Origin: the human T2T-CHM13v2.0 reference genome, Homo sapiens
Length of the DNA: 64,000 nucleotides
Strand: one strand, 5' to 3'
NCBI RefSeq assembly: GCF_009914755.1
Contig: NC_060932.1
Part shown: positions 18,455 through 32,022 of the stretch, one piece after another
Numbering within the stretch: the first letter of the stretch is position 1
Layout of the letters: every line of letters begins with the position of its first letter
Notes under the pieces: model-generated
The model's database searches: none
The model's input: only the letters and a program-made list of their open reading frames with translations
Told to the model about the DNA's origin: nothing
Translations under genes and position numbers: made by a program

Positions 18455-18602
18455 GGGGCCAGCAGTAGCGTAAGGTGAGTGAGATGCCTAGGGTGCAGAA
18501 TGGAAGGAGGCGCCGACAGTGCACTCAGGTGACCCTGAGAGTATTGCTTCCTTCTGTTTTGCACCGTAAGTACCTCACTCACTTTACCTTAGTACTGGCC
18601 CT
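18455..18602. mobile_element. MER96-like palindromic hAT-Tip100 MITE
   Basis: GGCCAG...GGTGAGTGAG...GGTGCA at the left end mirrors TGCACC...CTCACTCAC...CTGGCC at the right end. Internal GACCCTGAGAGT. Confidence 0.65.
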
Positions 18603-20535
18603 AATCCCAACCATGACCATGTCCAGAATAATAGCCAGGATCCCAACCAGCCTCCTACCCCACCTCCCCAGCCCTTGGAAGAGAAAGAGGGTTTATCAGA
18701 CAGTTCTTTATGGCAGGTGTACTGCCTAGACACCCAGTGGAAAATTTACATCCAGAAATCTGGGGTTGTATACTCTGGAGGGAGCAAGGCAGCCTTAGGC
18801 TCCAACCTAGTTGAGATAGCGTTGTCATGTCCTGTCCACCTTCTGGGGTCATGGTGCCCTCTGGTGCAGTCAGCCTGTCCCCCAGACTGTACAGTATGTG
18901 CCTTCTCTCTATCCACAAGGTTCTGCAGGAGAACCAAACCAAACAGCTCTCTTAGCCAGAAGCTGAGCTCATCAGCAATTAACTTCCTTCACAAGCAGCT
19001 GCTAGGCCCCCATCTGTGTTGGCCTTCTCTTTCCATTTGTCTATAGGAATCCTCCCCTCTCTCAACTGCACCAAGGTCTGTGATACTATTTCCTCCAGAG
19101 CATCACAGAACAACTCCCACCCCAGTTGCCGCCCCCTTCTACCTGCCAGAACAGCAGCCTCCTGTCAAGACCCCTCAGGTTTTCTGGCTTTTTTGGTTTG
19201 CATAGATCAGCATAATCCTTAGTGTTGAAAGCAGTAGATAATTAATTTCTGCTAATGATTTTCTGCCTTGTCTCCTAGACTCCTTTCAGTAACTCCAACG
19301 ACAATTTCAGCATTAAATGATTCAGCACTTCCCTTGCTTCCAAAGGAATTCACTGCCTGGTTTATCTATTTGGCCCACTGAAACCTCCCTTTGCCCTTAG
19401 CTACAGTTTCCCTCTCTTCTCTGACAGGTAGTGTTTCTGAGTCTCCCGGCCTCCAGCACTGCCCATGTTGCTGCTCCACTTGCCCCTCCACCCTGGAGTC
19501 AAAAAACACTGATAATAATACAAAGAAAGTCTGATTCTTCTGTCTTTGGCATGCCTTGCAAATCCCTGTCAATAACTAGAAATTTAACAGGTGTTACTTT
19601 TAGTGAAGGTATTGTTGACCAACTCTGCTTCCCCCAGCTGGGTTCCTTGAATGGCCCTTGATAAGTGTGTGCAAGACCATGTTGTTCCTCTTGGGGACTT
19701 CTTTTCCTTACTCAGTCATGAATGATGAAACAGACCAGATGTGGCCCCGAGCTGCTCAGGTTGTAGGAAACAGTGGGAAAGATTCCCCCACTATTTCCAC
19801 TTTCACTAGGGCTCGCACTACAGAATGCAGACCTTTGCCTGAGCTCACTCTGGCGTTTCATCTTGCTAGCCATGAAAACAACCCAACACAGTCCTGCCTC
19901 CTTTCCTTTAGCAATTGTCATGTGTTGGGCATCAGAATTATTGTCTGAAAAGTTATTTTCTTTCTCTTACACTCAGATGCCCAGAAACATGTATCTGGGC
20001 TAACTAAAAGACAGAAAATCTTTATTCATAAAATTTATATGGGAGAATTAACACATGATACCATCACACATTCTTCTGACTCTTTAGCCAGTCTAAGTTC
20101 TTTCTTCCACTTAAATTTGTCCTTAAAGCAAAGGAAGGCCTGATGAGTCATGTAGAATCTGTGAGTATATTCAAAGCTTCCAATAATTACTTTCTACCCA
20201 TCACATGAGAGGTGACTGGTGACACAGATGTTTAAACATGGCCTAAGTTAGTATCTGACCAGAGGCTATCAAGGTTATTGTGAGATGATCATCTTATTGA
20301 TAATTTAAAATTGGCAGTGTATTTGGTTCCATTAACTCCAAATCAAGACAGGCAGTTTCAAAATTGCTTTCCCTGGTAAAAAAAGCTCTGTCTCCAGAAA
20401 AAAAAAAGAAAAAATGGAAGAGGATGTTTGTGGGTGAAGAAATGTCCCCTGGGCAGGAAAGTAGAAACAGACCATGCTTATATGACACTGAATAATAGTT
20501 AGAATAAATGGTTCAGAGCAATGACTAAATAGTCA

Positions 20536-20946
<411 letters not shown>

Positions 20947-23699
20947 CTAAGTTCTGCTTTTTTGGCCCACTCTGGATGGTGCAACACTCATTGTTCAACC
21001 AGTTTATCCCAAAAACATTTATTGAGCACCTATTCCATTCATAGCACTGTGCTGGGCCCAAGAGAAATACGAAGATGAAAAAGTTATTCTGTACTGTCAA
21101 TGACGTTAGAGTAACCACAGACATATACAAGTAAATAAAAAATTAAAAGTCAGAAAAGAAGGTTATCATTGTTATGAAAGAGATATAAGAAAGAACAAAG
21201 AAGGCAATTTGCTCTGAGTAGATAATGTTTATTTTGATTTCAGTCATGTTAAAATTAGTTGTCTAATGGGGCATTATGATTTTCCAAGAAGAAGAGAAAG
21301 GATGCCTTGTTTCCCAAACTCATGTTCATGGCACAGGGTGCCTTCATTTATGGCAAACTGGTGACTCTCTTACTGAACTCAATCTGGAAAACGCTGGAGA
21401 AAGGCATCTATTGTGCAGAGGAAGATGTGTTTGGTAAGGGAGGTTGGGGTGTGATGGAAAGAGGCCTTGAAATTTCCTGCTCAGAGGAAACTGGCTCAGC
21501 CTTCTTTGCTGCATTTGTGTTTCTCTGAGGCCAGAATGGTTGTCCAGTCAGTTTCACATGCTGGTGTGTTTCATTCAAGGCGGAACTTGTTCCTCGGGAT
21601 GAATCTAGCATAGTGAGGGACCCTCTCCAGAGCCTTTGCTTCCTCAAGTCACTCAGTGTGTTTACCCCCGGTCAATGGGCACAAAACAAATGTTCAGAGC
21701 TAAAATTAAGTGAACCAACAACACATTGTAAAGGCAAAACCAGAGTGCCCCTATTTGCACATCTGTAAAATGGTGTTTACCATTTGCAAACCCAAAATAT
21801 GCTAATTACAAAGATGAATAAAAAGAAACACAAAGCATTGTGTACCCATTGAAAAGAGAACATGCTTCAGAAAATAAAAAGTAAAGTTTGTCAGAATATT
21901 GTTTTTTCTATGAAATGAGTTAATGGATTTTGTGTACAATCCTAACACATTTTGTAAATCAGAATTTATAAAATTCAAAACCTGCCTGATGAGTAATAGG
22001 CCACTTGAGAAGAATCACCATCTTGGGACCAGATTCCACCAACATTCCTAATGGCTAATAGTTATTTTGTGTTTGCAATTTATGAAGTACTTTTGTGTCT
22101 GTGATCTCAATTAATGTTCACAGCAATCCTGTTAAGAAGTTAGGACAACTCTTGCACCCATTTCACACATGAGAAAACTGAGGCTTGGGTAATATCTGCC
22201 CAAGAGAGTGTAATGAGCATCAGACTTGGCCCTGACACTCTCACCCCAGAGTGGTCCTTCCACTCCCCTGTGTTCTCTCCTGGGACACGTGGCAGCTGCT
22301 TTAAGTACCAGACTTCCCAAAGGGACAAGGAGTTTCCTCACCCTCTTATTAATTCAAATATGTATTCATTCATTTAACAGCCCTCACTGAGTGTTGCTAG
22401 GCACAGGAGATATCATGGTGGCAGAATGTAGGTACCCCCATCCTTCTCCAGTTCTTAGTTAGCTGAACAAGACACACAATGAAACAAGCAGTAATAATGG
22501 AGTGTGGTTATACTATGACAGGGCAGCCACAGTAGTCACTGGCCTAAACTGAATGTACCCATTGTCTATAGCATTCAACTGTCCCTGGGCTTTGCAGCCT
22601 TTTGCATAATAGTAATAACTATCATGTCAAGGCTCAAACTCAGAAGGATCCACTTTCAGGCTCTCTCACGTGGGAGCTGGCAGGATTCATTTCCTTGGGG
22701 CTGTTGGACTGGGAGCTCAGTTCCATACTACTTAGCTGGAGGCCATCCTCAGTCCCTTGTCACATGGGCCTCTCCTTAGGGCAGCTCATCACATCAGAGT
22801 CACAGAGACAGAATGCAAACAAGGTAGTCTTTTACAAGCTGATCTCCAAAATGACAGACCATCACTTCTGCCATAGTCTACTAATTGGAATCACTAGGCC
22901 CAGCCCACATAAACACAGAAGGAGAGGGTCATGCAGGGAGCAAACATCAGGAGATGGGATCACTGGAAGCCATCCTGCTACTCTTGCCAACAGCTAATTT
23001 GTAGTATATTCAAAACCCAAATCCAAGTCTGTCTGACTTACAGTAGCTGTGCCACGTCCACCAAATGACAGTCTCACAGGTCTCCAATATGTGCAGAGTT
23101 CATTATATTACATTTCCAAGGCACTATTACATGTGTGATTTGTTTCATTCAAGGTACACACGGGTAGATATCTTAATTCTCATTTTATAAAGGAAAAAAC
23201 TGAAAATCACAGAGTGTAAATGACTCATGGACTTCTGTAGGTCATGGTAATTTTTAGTGTTGAAGTTAAATGACTTTTTAGTGATGGAACCTAAATGATA
23301 CGCCCAAGCTCACACCAGATGGAGCCTGGGTGCAGGTTTTCTGCCTCCAAATTCCAAGAAGTTCAATGCTGTAACTGTATCTTCCATTGATTTCCACCTA
23401 TTTTCCACAAAGCCCTCCCATGCAGCTCCTAACTCCCACCTGTCGGTAGATAGCAGCGTCAGATCCTAAAGCCACCTAAAGCCCATCAGAGGGCACCTCA
23501 GGCTCCCACGACTTTCCAATGTGACTGCACCTCCAAAGCCACCATGACGGGAAGATTGGGAATGAAGCGAGAAGAGGAGGTCTGAGAACTTTGGGATCGT
23601 CCCCTGCGTGTTGAAGACAGATCTCACTTCCCTTCTTGGGGATCACAAGGTAACTTTTACAGAGTTAGAAGTGGAAAAATGGCTCATCCAGTACTCAAA

Positions 23700-24400
23700 G
23701 AGCATCCATCTTACTTTCGTTCTTTTGCAGGTAGCTCTGGCAACTCTTCTTCTTCTCTTGCCAGTCATAACCAATCACTGAGAACTCCCAAATCCCCTTC
23801 ACACCCACCCTCTGCTGCCTGCTCATGCAGCAGCCTCCTTACTGAGTTGTTTTCCTGCCTCTAGTCTCCACCCTGAAATCCATTCTCCATGGCACCCAGA
23901 GTGAGCTTCCCAAACTTTGATCTGATCTTAGAACTCTCCTACTTAAAACCTTCCATGGTTCCGCATTGCTTCCAGCATAAGGCTGATATTCCTTATCATA
24001 GTGCCAAGGCCCTGCCCATCTGGCCCTCTCCTTTCTCTGCCAGCCTTAGCTCTCATCATTCTCCCATCATCACTTCTGCTCCAGACACACTGACCTGGCA
24101 TGGCCAGTGTCTCCCATGCGCCCTCCTCTTCCTCATTTTCTGGCTGTCCCTGCTGTCTCCCAACCCCTTTATTCTTAACCTGATCAAGACCTCCAACTCA
24201 TTCCTCATCTAGATTTGGTATCCTTCCTTTGTCATCCCATAGAATGTCTTGCTGTGCCTGTCACACTGTGTTGTTATTGTATGGTCAGCACCAGAAGGAG
24301 CGAGCCTGAGTTTGCCTTGTCAGTGATATCCACTGTGGCCAGCATAGTATCAGGGCCATGGGAATAACTTAGCAAACTTGTTGAACGAATGAGTGAATGA
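23700..24400 (+). mobile_element. L2 LINE 3' fragment
   Basis: C/T-rich L2-like sequence ending TTGTTGAACGAATGAGTGAATGA, the L2 terminal repeat. Confidence 0.6.
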
Positions 24401-26842
24401 AAGCAATCTCCATTCCCATGTTCCTGGGATTAAAGGCTTCCATGTGCTTACTCACCCACCCACGGGTCACCGAGCTTCCTTTAGTCCTGATGACTCCAGG
24501 GGGATTGTCCAGTCATTGGTGGGGCCCCCCACTGCTTGAGGCAACCTATTCATACATTTGTTTTGTCAGCAAACATTTGTGCCAGGCATGTGCTGGGTGC
24601 TGGAATAGAGTTGACGATGAGTAAGGAACATAAGAGTCCAGTCCAAAATGAGTTCTCAGTCTGGTGCCTGGAGCTTACGCAATTTCAGAGTTCCTTGGGG
24701 AAATAATAGGTTCATCTTTAAAAGTACCTAATAAAGACACTATCTTGGTATTACTATCCTCTTTCAAATATGTCTGATTTTTACTCACTGTAGCATTATC
24801 AGCTTATTCTACTCATATTCAGCCTATTCTGTCCACTGTTATATTTTTGTTTCACTTTTTAAGTTTTGGGGGTATGGGGCCAGTGGCTAGCAATGTGGCA
24901 GGGCTCAGACCTCCTCTGCATTGATGACAGCCCACACACCAGCTGCAGCTTTATTGTTTGGAATTGTTTTTGAGATGGTAATTATTTTAGGAGTTACTGG
25001 TGAAAAGCAATATGGGTCAGCAATATAGTCAGCAATATACTTTAACATTTTATGACCCTTTCTTCATTCCTTTCTAGTTAAAAAATAAAAAATAAAAATC
25101 CTTCTTAAGGCTTAGGGGGTTGTAAGCTTCTATAGGATTTGAAGCCATCATCGTTAGAGTTTGCATAGTTCATACTCCAGACTGCTCCAGTCTATGAGAG
25201 GAGAGGAATGCTCCAGCAGGATGGACCTGAGTTTTTCTCCTCCAATATAAATAATTATATTATTAAATGTACCTACAAATAAATAGGTACATTTATTTAT
25301 TCATGTATTTATTTATTCTCTCATTAGTTCTAGTATTTATAATAGTCATAATTATGTAGCATTGACTCAGTACTTACTGTACGCTAGCCACCACATTAAA
25401 TGGTTTCCATTTATTACCCACCACAGCCTTAAAAAAAACCTTAGTACTCTTGCTATCCCCATTTCATAGATAACAATGAGGATGCTGAGATTTGACAAGG
25501 TCAGGTAAGTCACCCTGGATTAAGAGTCACACAAGGATTAAGTGGCAGGACAGGAATTTGACCTCAGGCCAGCCTAACATGGGAATTCACATTTTTAACC
25601 ACTGCACTCTTCTCAATTCCCTTAATTCCAGAAATATTTGAGGTGGGTTACAAAAACACATTCAGTACACAAGAAGGCAAATCAGTGAAGTAAACAGATA
25701 AAGAGGAAAATTCAGGCAGAAACAAGTAAGATGAAGTTAGACTTAATATACTACATATATACCCACAGAGTCCTGTGCACTTTGTAGAAGAACGCAGCAA
25801 ATTTGATTCTATATTTCTCAAAGAGAGAAATGTATTCATTTACATGTTTTACCATATTCATAAAATCAAAAACAAACTAGGTGCTCAGGGGAAAAAACTC
25901 TCCATCTTGATACTGAGACTTACAGAAAACTTCTCACTTGAGCCTCTTAAAAAATTACTGTGTAACATAATAATAGACTGTTGAACTTTACAGCATCCCT
26001 ACAGCAAAGTCAGCAACCATTCTGTGAGACTGTTTCACAGATCCATTTATAACACATCTCAGTGTAGTGAAACATCAAAGCCTAGGTTAAAAGGGCAAAC
26101 CTCAGATTTTACAGCTTTCCAATGGCTTGGCTGAATCCCAGGAAGCAGAGCTCCAAAAACACATTTTCTTACACCAAGCCTGGAGATTTACTCCCTGACA
26201 CCAGTCTGGGGTGCAGGAATTCCACAGCACCAGTCAGATGCAGGCCTGTGTCCTTCCGTAAAGTGTACAGGTGTTGACATCTTCCTGTGAAGAGCAAGGA
26301 ACGCATACAGGATGAGCATCTGATGTCTGTGCCTCACCCCCACCTTTATGCAGAGCCAGACACTGGCGGGGCTCAGATCCCCTCAGAAGAGGATTCTGGT
26401 GGCATCAGGTAATGTGGGTGATGCATTCTCAAAACCTTACTCCATAGAGCATGGCTATGATCATTTCAACCTGGAAAAGTGTTTAGTCAGCTGTTACTAA
26501 ACTCTAGGCATAGTCATGTAAAAGTCAATCAATCAATACATGGATTAAAGTGTATTTTGAATATATAACACTAAGCAGTATCACATCCTGTGGGAGCCTC
26601 CAAGGTAAACCAGTAACAAAATACATGGACTTGTAGAGGGTTGTTAGGACAAGTTAGACGTTGGAAGATGTTGTTGATATGGCCAATGGGACTCAACCTC
26701 AGCATCTGGAACAATTGTTTCTTCCCACCTCCTTTAAAGGCAACTGTCAGAGTCCAGACATGGCATCCTAGAGCCACAGAACCAATCTGTCCACCTAAAC
26801 AGTACATCATCATCCCTGGGCGCAACCAGGAGTCTGCCTACA

Positions 26843-27218
26843 TGTATTAGTCTGTTTTCACACTGCTATAAAGATGCTACCCGAGACTGGGTAATTTGTA
26901 AACAAAGGAAAGAGGTTTAATTGACTCACAGTTCCGCGTGGCTGGGGAGTGGCTCAGGAAACTTACAATTATGGCAGAAGGGGAAGCAAGCATGTCTTAC
27001 ATGGCGGCAGGAGAGAGCACATGTGAAGGAGGAACTGTCAAACACTCACAAAAACATCAGATCTCATGAGAATTCCCTCACTATCACGAGAATAGCATGG
27101 GGGAAACGACCCCATGATTCAATTACCTCCCACTAGGTCCCTCCCTCGACACATGGGGATTATGGGGAATACAATTCAAAATGAGATTTGTGTGGGGACA
27201 CAGGGCTGAACCATATGA
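26843..27218 (+). mobile_element. MaLR solo LTR (THE1D/MSTA-like)
   Basis: TGTATTAGTCTGTTTTCACACTGCTATAAAG...CCATATGA, flanked by a perfect 5-bp TSD CTACA at 26838-26842 and 27219-27223. Confidence 0.92.
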
Positions 27219-27920
27219 CTACACTCTAAGTGGGAGTGTGAGGCAGGCTGTGCTGCTGTGCCTTAAAGAACTGTGTGGTCACTGAACTTTGGATCCTACA
27301 CTCCATCAGTAACCATTTTACACATACATATATATAGTAGATTATAAGTATCAGTTACTGTACAGTATTTTATAAGCAATACAAAACATCCATTAAAATA
27401 AAGATTGGGAGGAATGAAATATAAAATGAATATAGAGAGAAGTTCTCTGGAAGTTCTATTTTCTTCCCACATTTCTTCGTATCATCCTGCACACTCCTCT
27501 TTGGAGAACACTGTCTTAATGTAAGAAGCTGGGCCTTCTCTAAACCACCTCTTGGCACTTCCAGCAAGCTTTTCATCATCCAACCCCAACCCATCTCCCC
27601 AGCTGTCCCTGCTGGTGCTCTCCACCCATACTCCACTATCCACCATGACAGCATACACACCATTTCCTGCATGCACAATGTACTCTGCATTTTTTTGTTC
27701 ATGTCATTCCTTCATCCCAAATGCCTCTCCCTCTTTCTCCAGCTATCAAAATTTTCAGCTTGCAAGACCCAGTTCAAATTCTATCTCTACCCTGTAATTA
27801 ACCTAGATCCCTTCTCAAATAGAATGAATCACTTTCTTCCATAATATTAACAAAAATTATATTTTCTAATCTTCCCAATATCCCTGCAAAGTATTATTGA
27901 GTATTTGACAGATCAGAAAA

Positions 27921-28008
27921 GGCTCTTTTCTAGTCAGAAAGACTATAGAAGGCTCTTTTTCTAGTCAGAAAGACTATAAATGGCTCTTTTCTAGTCAGAA
28001 AGACTATA
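27921..28008 (+). repeat. Three tandem ~30-bp units GGCTCTTTT(T)CTAGTCAGAAAGACTATA overlapping the U3 5' end
   Basis: Copies at 27921-27947, 27951-27978 and 27982-28008. Confidence 0.95.
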
Positions 28009-28213
28009 CTCTCAGGAATCATTTCTATAGTTTTTTACTAGAGAAATTTCTCTGAACGTGTAGAGCACTGGAAACCGTGAGGAGAAGCTGCCTTCTCTTC
28101 TGAGCATGAAGTGAGCTCTCAGTGTTGCTTCTCTGCAACTGCCATTTGCCATTGATGATCGTTCTTCTCTTCCTCTGGGAGAGTAAAAGGGTACAGGATG
28201 CAGTCTGAGTAAT
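28000..28213 (+). ncRNA. SNORD3: U3 (box C/D) snoRNA full-length copy; probably a retroposed pseudogene
   Basis: AAGACTATACTCTCAGGAATCATTTCTATAG...CTCTGAACGTGTAGAGCAC...GAGCATGAAG (box B)...CCATTGATGATCGTTCTTCTCT (box C)...GTCTGAGT (box D) is collinear with human U3. It is followed by an A-rich tail and has a probable TSD AGAAAAG(G/T)CTCTT (27915-27927, 28234-28246). Several CpG>TpG/CpA changes. The symbol is the family name; the specific locus is not determined. Confidence 0.93.
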
Positions 28214-29079
28214 TACTGCTTTAAAAAAGAAAAAGAAAAGTCTCTTGGATATTGTGTAATTAACCCATACCCCTAGTGACTGACAGGAGCAGAATTTGAA
28301 CTCATAACACCCCGGTGGCTATGTTCTTTCCAGTGCACTAAGGTTTCCTTCATGCCTTGGCTTCCCATGACAGAAACTGCACTCTATATATATTCTCTTA
28401 TGACATCTTCAACTAGCCCTGTGAATACATATTATCATCTCTAGATTGGAGCTGAAAAAACAAAGCCTTGGAAAGGTGAGGTAGCTTGCCTAACGTCACT
28501 TAGTTAGCAAACAGCAGGGATGGTTCCAACCCAGGTTAGTCTGACTGTAGATCCCATATTCTTTCTGTTTTGCCATGCAAGTGGGTCTATTCTTCTCATT
28601 ACTTGTTACTTTCACCTCACTTTAGCTTTTAGTCATTTTGCCTTGGCTTAAATAGCAACTTTAATACCTCTTTCCTTCAATGCTCTGTGAGGTAACTGAG
28701 GACAAGAAAATATGTTTCACTCAAGTCTCTGGTGGCCAGAAACTACATATCAAAAGTATGTTTATAAATGTGAAGTTGAACCCTATAGGAAGAATGATTG
28801 CAAAGAAATCTCAATTCACTGTGCTGTCTCTGTCTCTAGAGTTTTTGTACTTATTGGCTTGCCAACACTGCATTCAAAGAATATGGAAAGGAAACTGAAA
28901 ACGGTGGAAGAGACCACCACCTCTTGCTATCTCCTAAAAGATCATTTTTAATAAACTGCAGCCTACCCTTGAAAACTGTCTATCATAAGCAGAGTGCTGG
29001 CAACATCTCCTGAAAGATGATAGAGGTCCAGGTGGCCATCCAGATGCTGGAACATGCCTGAGGACGTGGGGGGATGTTT

Positions 29080-29365
29080 AAAATAATTGATAATTTTGAA
29101 AACAGAAAACAGTTTATTATACAAGGATATAAAGAATAAAATATTTTGTATAGCTGTACAGTGTGTTTGTATTTTGAGCTAAGTATTATTACAAAAGGGT
29201 CAAAAAGTTAAGAAAATTTAGAAGTTCATAAAGTTAAAAAGTTATAGCAACCTAAGGTTAATTTATTATTGAAGAAAGAAAAATATTTTTATAAAGTTAG
29301 TGTAGCTCAAGGGCACAGTGTTTATAAAGTATACAGTAATGTAGAGTAATGTCCTGGGCCTTCTG
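29080..29365. mobile_element. Tigger3/MER7-like TcMar DNA transposon fragment
   Basis: GCTAAGTATTATTACAAAAGGGTCAAAAAGTT...AAGGTTAATTTATTATTGAAGAAAGAAAAAT...GTAATGTCCTGGGCCTT. Confidence 0.7.
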
Positions 29366-29374
29366 AGAATGTAT

Positions 29375-29752
29375 CCCATCACTAAGTGACATGATTGTAG
29401 TAAACTCCTTGCAGATGTTGACTAAGTCAAAGATTTTGAGATGAGAAAATTCTCCTGGGTTATCTGGATGGGGCTAAATGCCATCATATGTATCCTGGTA
29501 AGGGAGAGGCAGAGGGATATCTGACACAGAAGAGAAGGCAATGTAACCACAGGGACCAAGACTGGAGGAATGTGGCCACAAGCCAAGGAAAGCTGGGAGC
29601 CACCAGGAGCTGGAAGAGGCAAGGAACCTACGCTCTTCTAGGGCCTTTGGAGGGAGTGTGGCCCTGCTGACTCTGGTTTCAGCCCAGTGATACTGATTTC
29701 AGATTTCTGATTTGTGGTAATTTGTTAGAGCAGCCATCAGGAATTAATATAC
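29375..29752 (+). mobile_element. MLT1 (MaLR) LTR
   Basis: GATTTTGAGATGAG...GGGAGAGGCAGAGGGA...AGCCAAGGAA...CCACCAGGAGCTGGAAGAGGCAAGGAA...TTTGTGGTAATTTGTTAGAGCAGCCA. Confidence 0.8.
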
Positions 29753-31426
29753 TAGTAAGAGCTTTAGTGCAAGGGGATAGAAGCGAATGACACACATGAC
29801 AAGTAATAACTTAGGTACAGTACTCAGCACCTCTCCAGTCTTAAGCATGCTCAAAACCTTGGCTACCGCATTCCAGGGAAACCAGGCTATCCCCCACCAC
29901 CAAAAACCCATGCTTCTTTGGACATTCTATCAGTTCAGATGGAGGATGATTATTTCTAAGATGACCACTCCACCATCCACCAAAGTCCTGCAAAAAATAA
30001 CTCTCTGTGGCTTTCCAGTTAGTTAAACCCACCACGATCATGGGCTTCTCTTTATTATTAAATATAAGTTCTAATGGATGCTATCCTCACCTTCATTCTC
30101 ATCCCTGTACCTCCTTGGATTTTATCTCCTTAGGCCTGAACTCCCACTGGTCCCAAACCTTCCACCAGGCCATTTGGGAATGCTACCCAATTTAAAGCAC
30201 CTTGCTATATCCTCAATATTTTCCCCATGCCTTTACTGCTCTCACTCCATCTGGGTTTTGCCTATCACATTGAGAACCCCAAGCCATTCATCCCGTCTAC
30301 TGATCAGTCCTTTCTCTCTTCACTTCCTTGCCCACACGGTCCAGATCCTACAGCTCATTAGTTCAGCCGCTCCTTTGCCAATATCTTCAAATCCCTTACT
30401 CCATCTGTCCTCCTGTTGCACCTGCCTGGCAAAATCCCACACCCAAACCAATGCAAACATCTGGCCTTCCTCATCTCTACCTGGGCTTCTGGCATTCCTC
30501 ATCTCTACCTAAGCTTCTGAGCAGTGGCGAAGAAAATCAAAATATCCATCAAAACTCTAGCTAATCATGGTCTCTGGCCTCACCTGGATCCTTAAGACAG
30601 TGTTCGCATTTTTCTAGTTAGCTTTCTCGACAGTGGCTGTATCAAACCTTCTCCACTCTTACCAAAGCCCCTATGACTTCTTTACCCTCTCAGCCTTGTG
30701 CATTTATTTATCCATTCATTGTTTCTTTCAACAAATACTGGCTGGGTGTCAACCATGTGTCAGATGCTGCACTAAGCATAAGGACAACACAGTGAAAAGA
30801 CAGATATGGCCGCTGCTCTAACAGGACTTAACAAGCTACCGGAAAACACTCTCTCAGAAGACCACCTTTCTGAGAGAGGAGACACAGAAGCTATCTGAGG
30901 ATTATTTCCACCTTCCTGTGTCCAGACTCACATCGTTGCACCTTCCTTCTATCCTCCTTTTTTGTACAAAGAGAATCATGTTTCTCCTGTCAACAACCAG
31001 TCCCTTGGCCGATGCTCCAAGGTCCCTTGCGTCCCCACTCCTTGAACTCCTTGTTCTCTAAGTTATCCCTCTATCTTGAATTGCCGCCCTTTCTTTCTCT
31101 TTCTAATGTCTTTTCACCACCAGTGTTTAAAAGGTCTTAGGTCTTTTCCATCTAAAAAAATATATAATTACTCTCCCAAGCTGCTGTCTTATTTTTCTCC
31201 TATTCACAGGCAAACTCGTTTAAAGAGTTGTCTGCGCCCCTAGTCTCTGCTTCTTGCTTCCCAGTCCCCCACACACCCACTATAATTTGGCATATGCTCC
31301 ACTCCCAGGCCCCGTCTTTCTTGACGTCTGTATAGGATTTGACACCGTTGATTACTCCCCCCTTTTTGAAACACTACTCCTTTAGTTTCCATAACACTAC
31401 ACTCTTCTGGTTTGTCTTCTGTCTCT

Positions 31427-32022
31427 CTGTGATAAGCAGAATTCTAAATATGTCCTCTCAAAATTCCCATCTCCCAATTATTCAATTAAACACTAATCTA
31501 GTTTTTGCTGTGAGGAGACTTTACAGATGGAGTTCTGGTTACTAATCAGCTGACCTTTAAATAGGGAGAGTGACCTGGATTATTCAAGTGGGACCAATGT
31601 AACCACATCTGCCCTGAAAAGCAGAAGAGGAAGGCAGAAGAGTCAGTCAGAGAGATGTGGCAATAGAGAGTCAAAATGTGAAAAGGACTGTGCTGTCACT
31701 GCCGGCTTTGAAGGGAGCCATGAGCCAGGGAGTGTGAGTAGCCTCTAGAAGCTGAGGACATCTTCCATTCAGCAAGGAATTTTACCAATAACCTGAGAGA
31801 GCCTGGAAATGGATGCTCCCTGCTGGGGCTTCCAGCCAGGACTGCAGCTCTGCTAACTCTTTGATTTCAGCCTGGTGAAACTCTAAGCTAAGAACAAACT
31901 AAAAACCAGCTGAGTCATGCTGTGCCCAGACTCCTGACCTACAGAACTGAGATAATAAATGGATATTATTTTTAAATGATGAATTTGTGTTCATTTGTTA
32001 TGGCCACTATCAAAACTAATAC
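31427..32022 (+). mobile_element. MLT1E/D-like LTR inserted in L2 remnants
   Basis: TGTGATAAGCAGAATTCTAA...AATCAGCTGACCTTTAAATAGGGAGA...GACTCCTGACCTACAGAACTGAGA...AAACTAATACA. Confidence 0.78.

Noticed and set aside
18280-18575. TATAAAG at 18280 followed by donor-like AAG|GTGAGT (18475) and CC|GTAAGT, as a possible first exon or pre-miRNA-like hairpin
   Set aside because: The donors and the palindromic structure lie inside a MER96-like MITE, and a lone TATA 7-mer is not evidence of a promoter.
25264-25295. 12-bp perfect hairpin TAAATGTACCTA-8 nt-TAGGTACATTTA
   Set aside because: AT-rich low-complexity context with no associated feature; probably a local quasi-palindrome correction.
27921-28008. 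Three ~30-bp direct repeats as a CRISPR-like array
   Set aside because: There are no spacers (only 3-nt linkers), the context is eukaryotic and there are no cas genes. It is a tandem repeat at a retrocopy junction.
28000-28213. U3 copy as a bona fide U3 gene
   Set aside because: The A-rich tail, probable TSD, CpG decay and lack of an evident PSE/DSE indicate retroposition.
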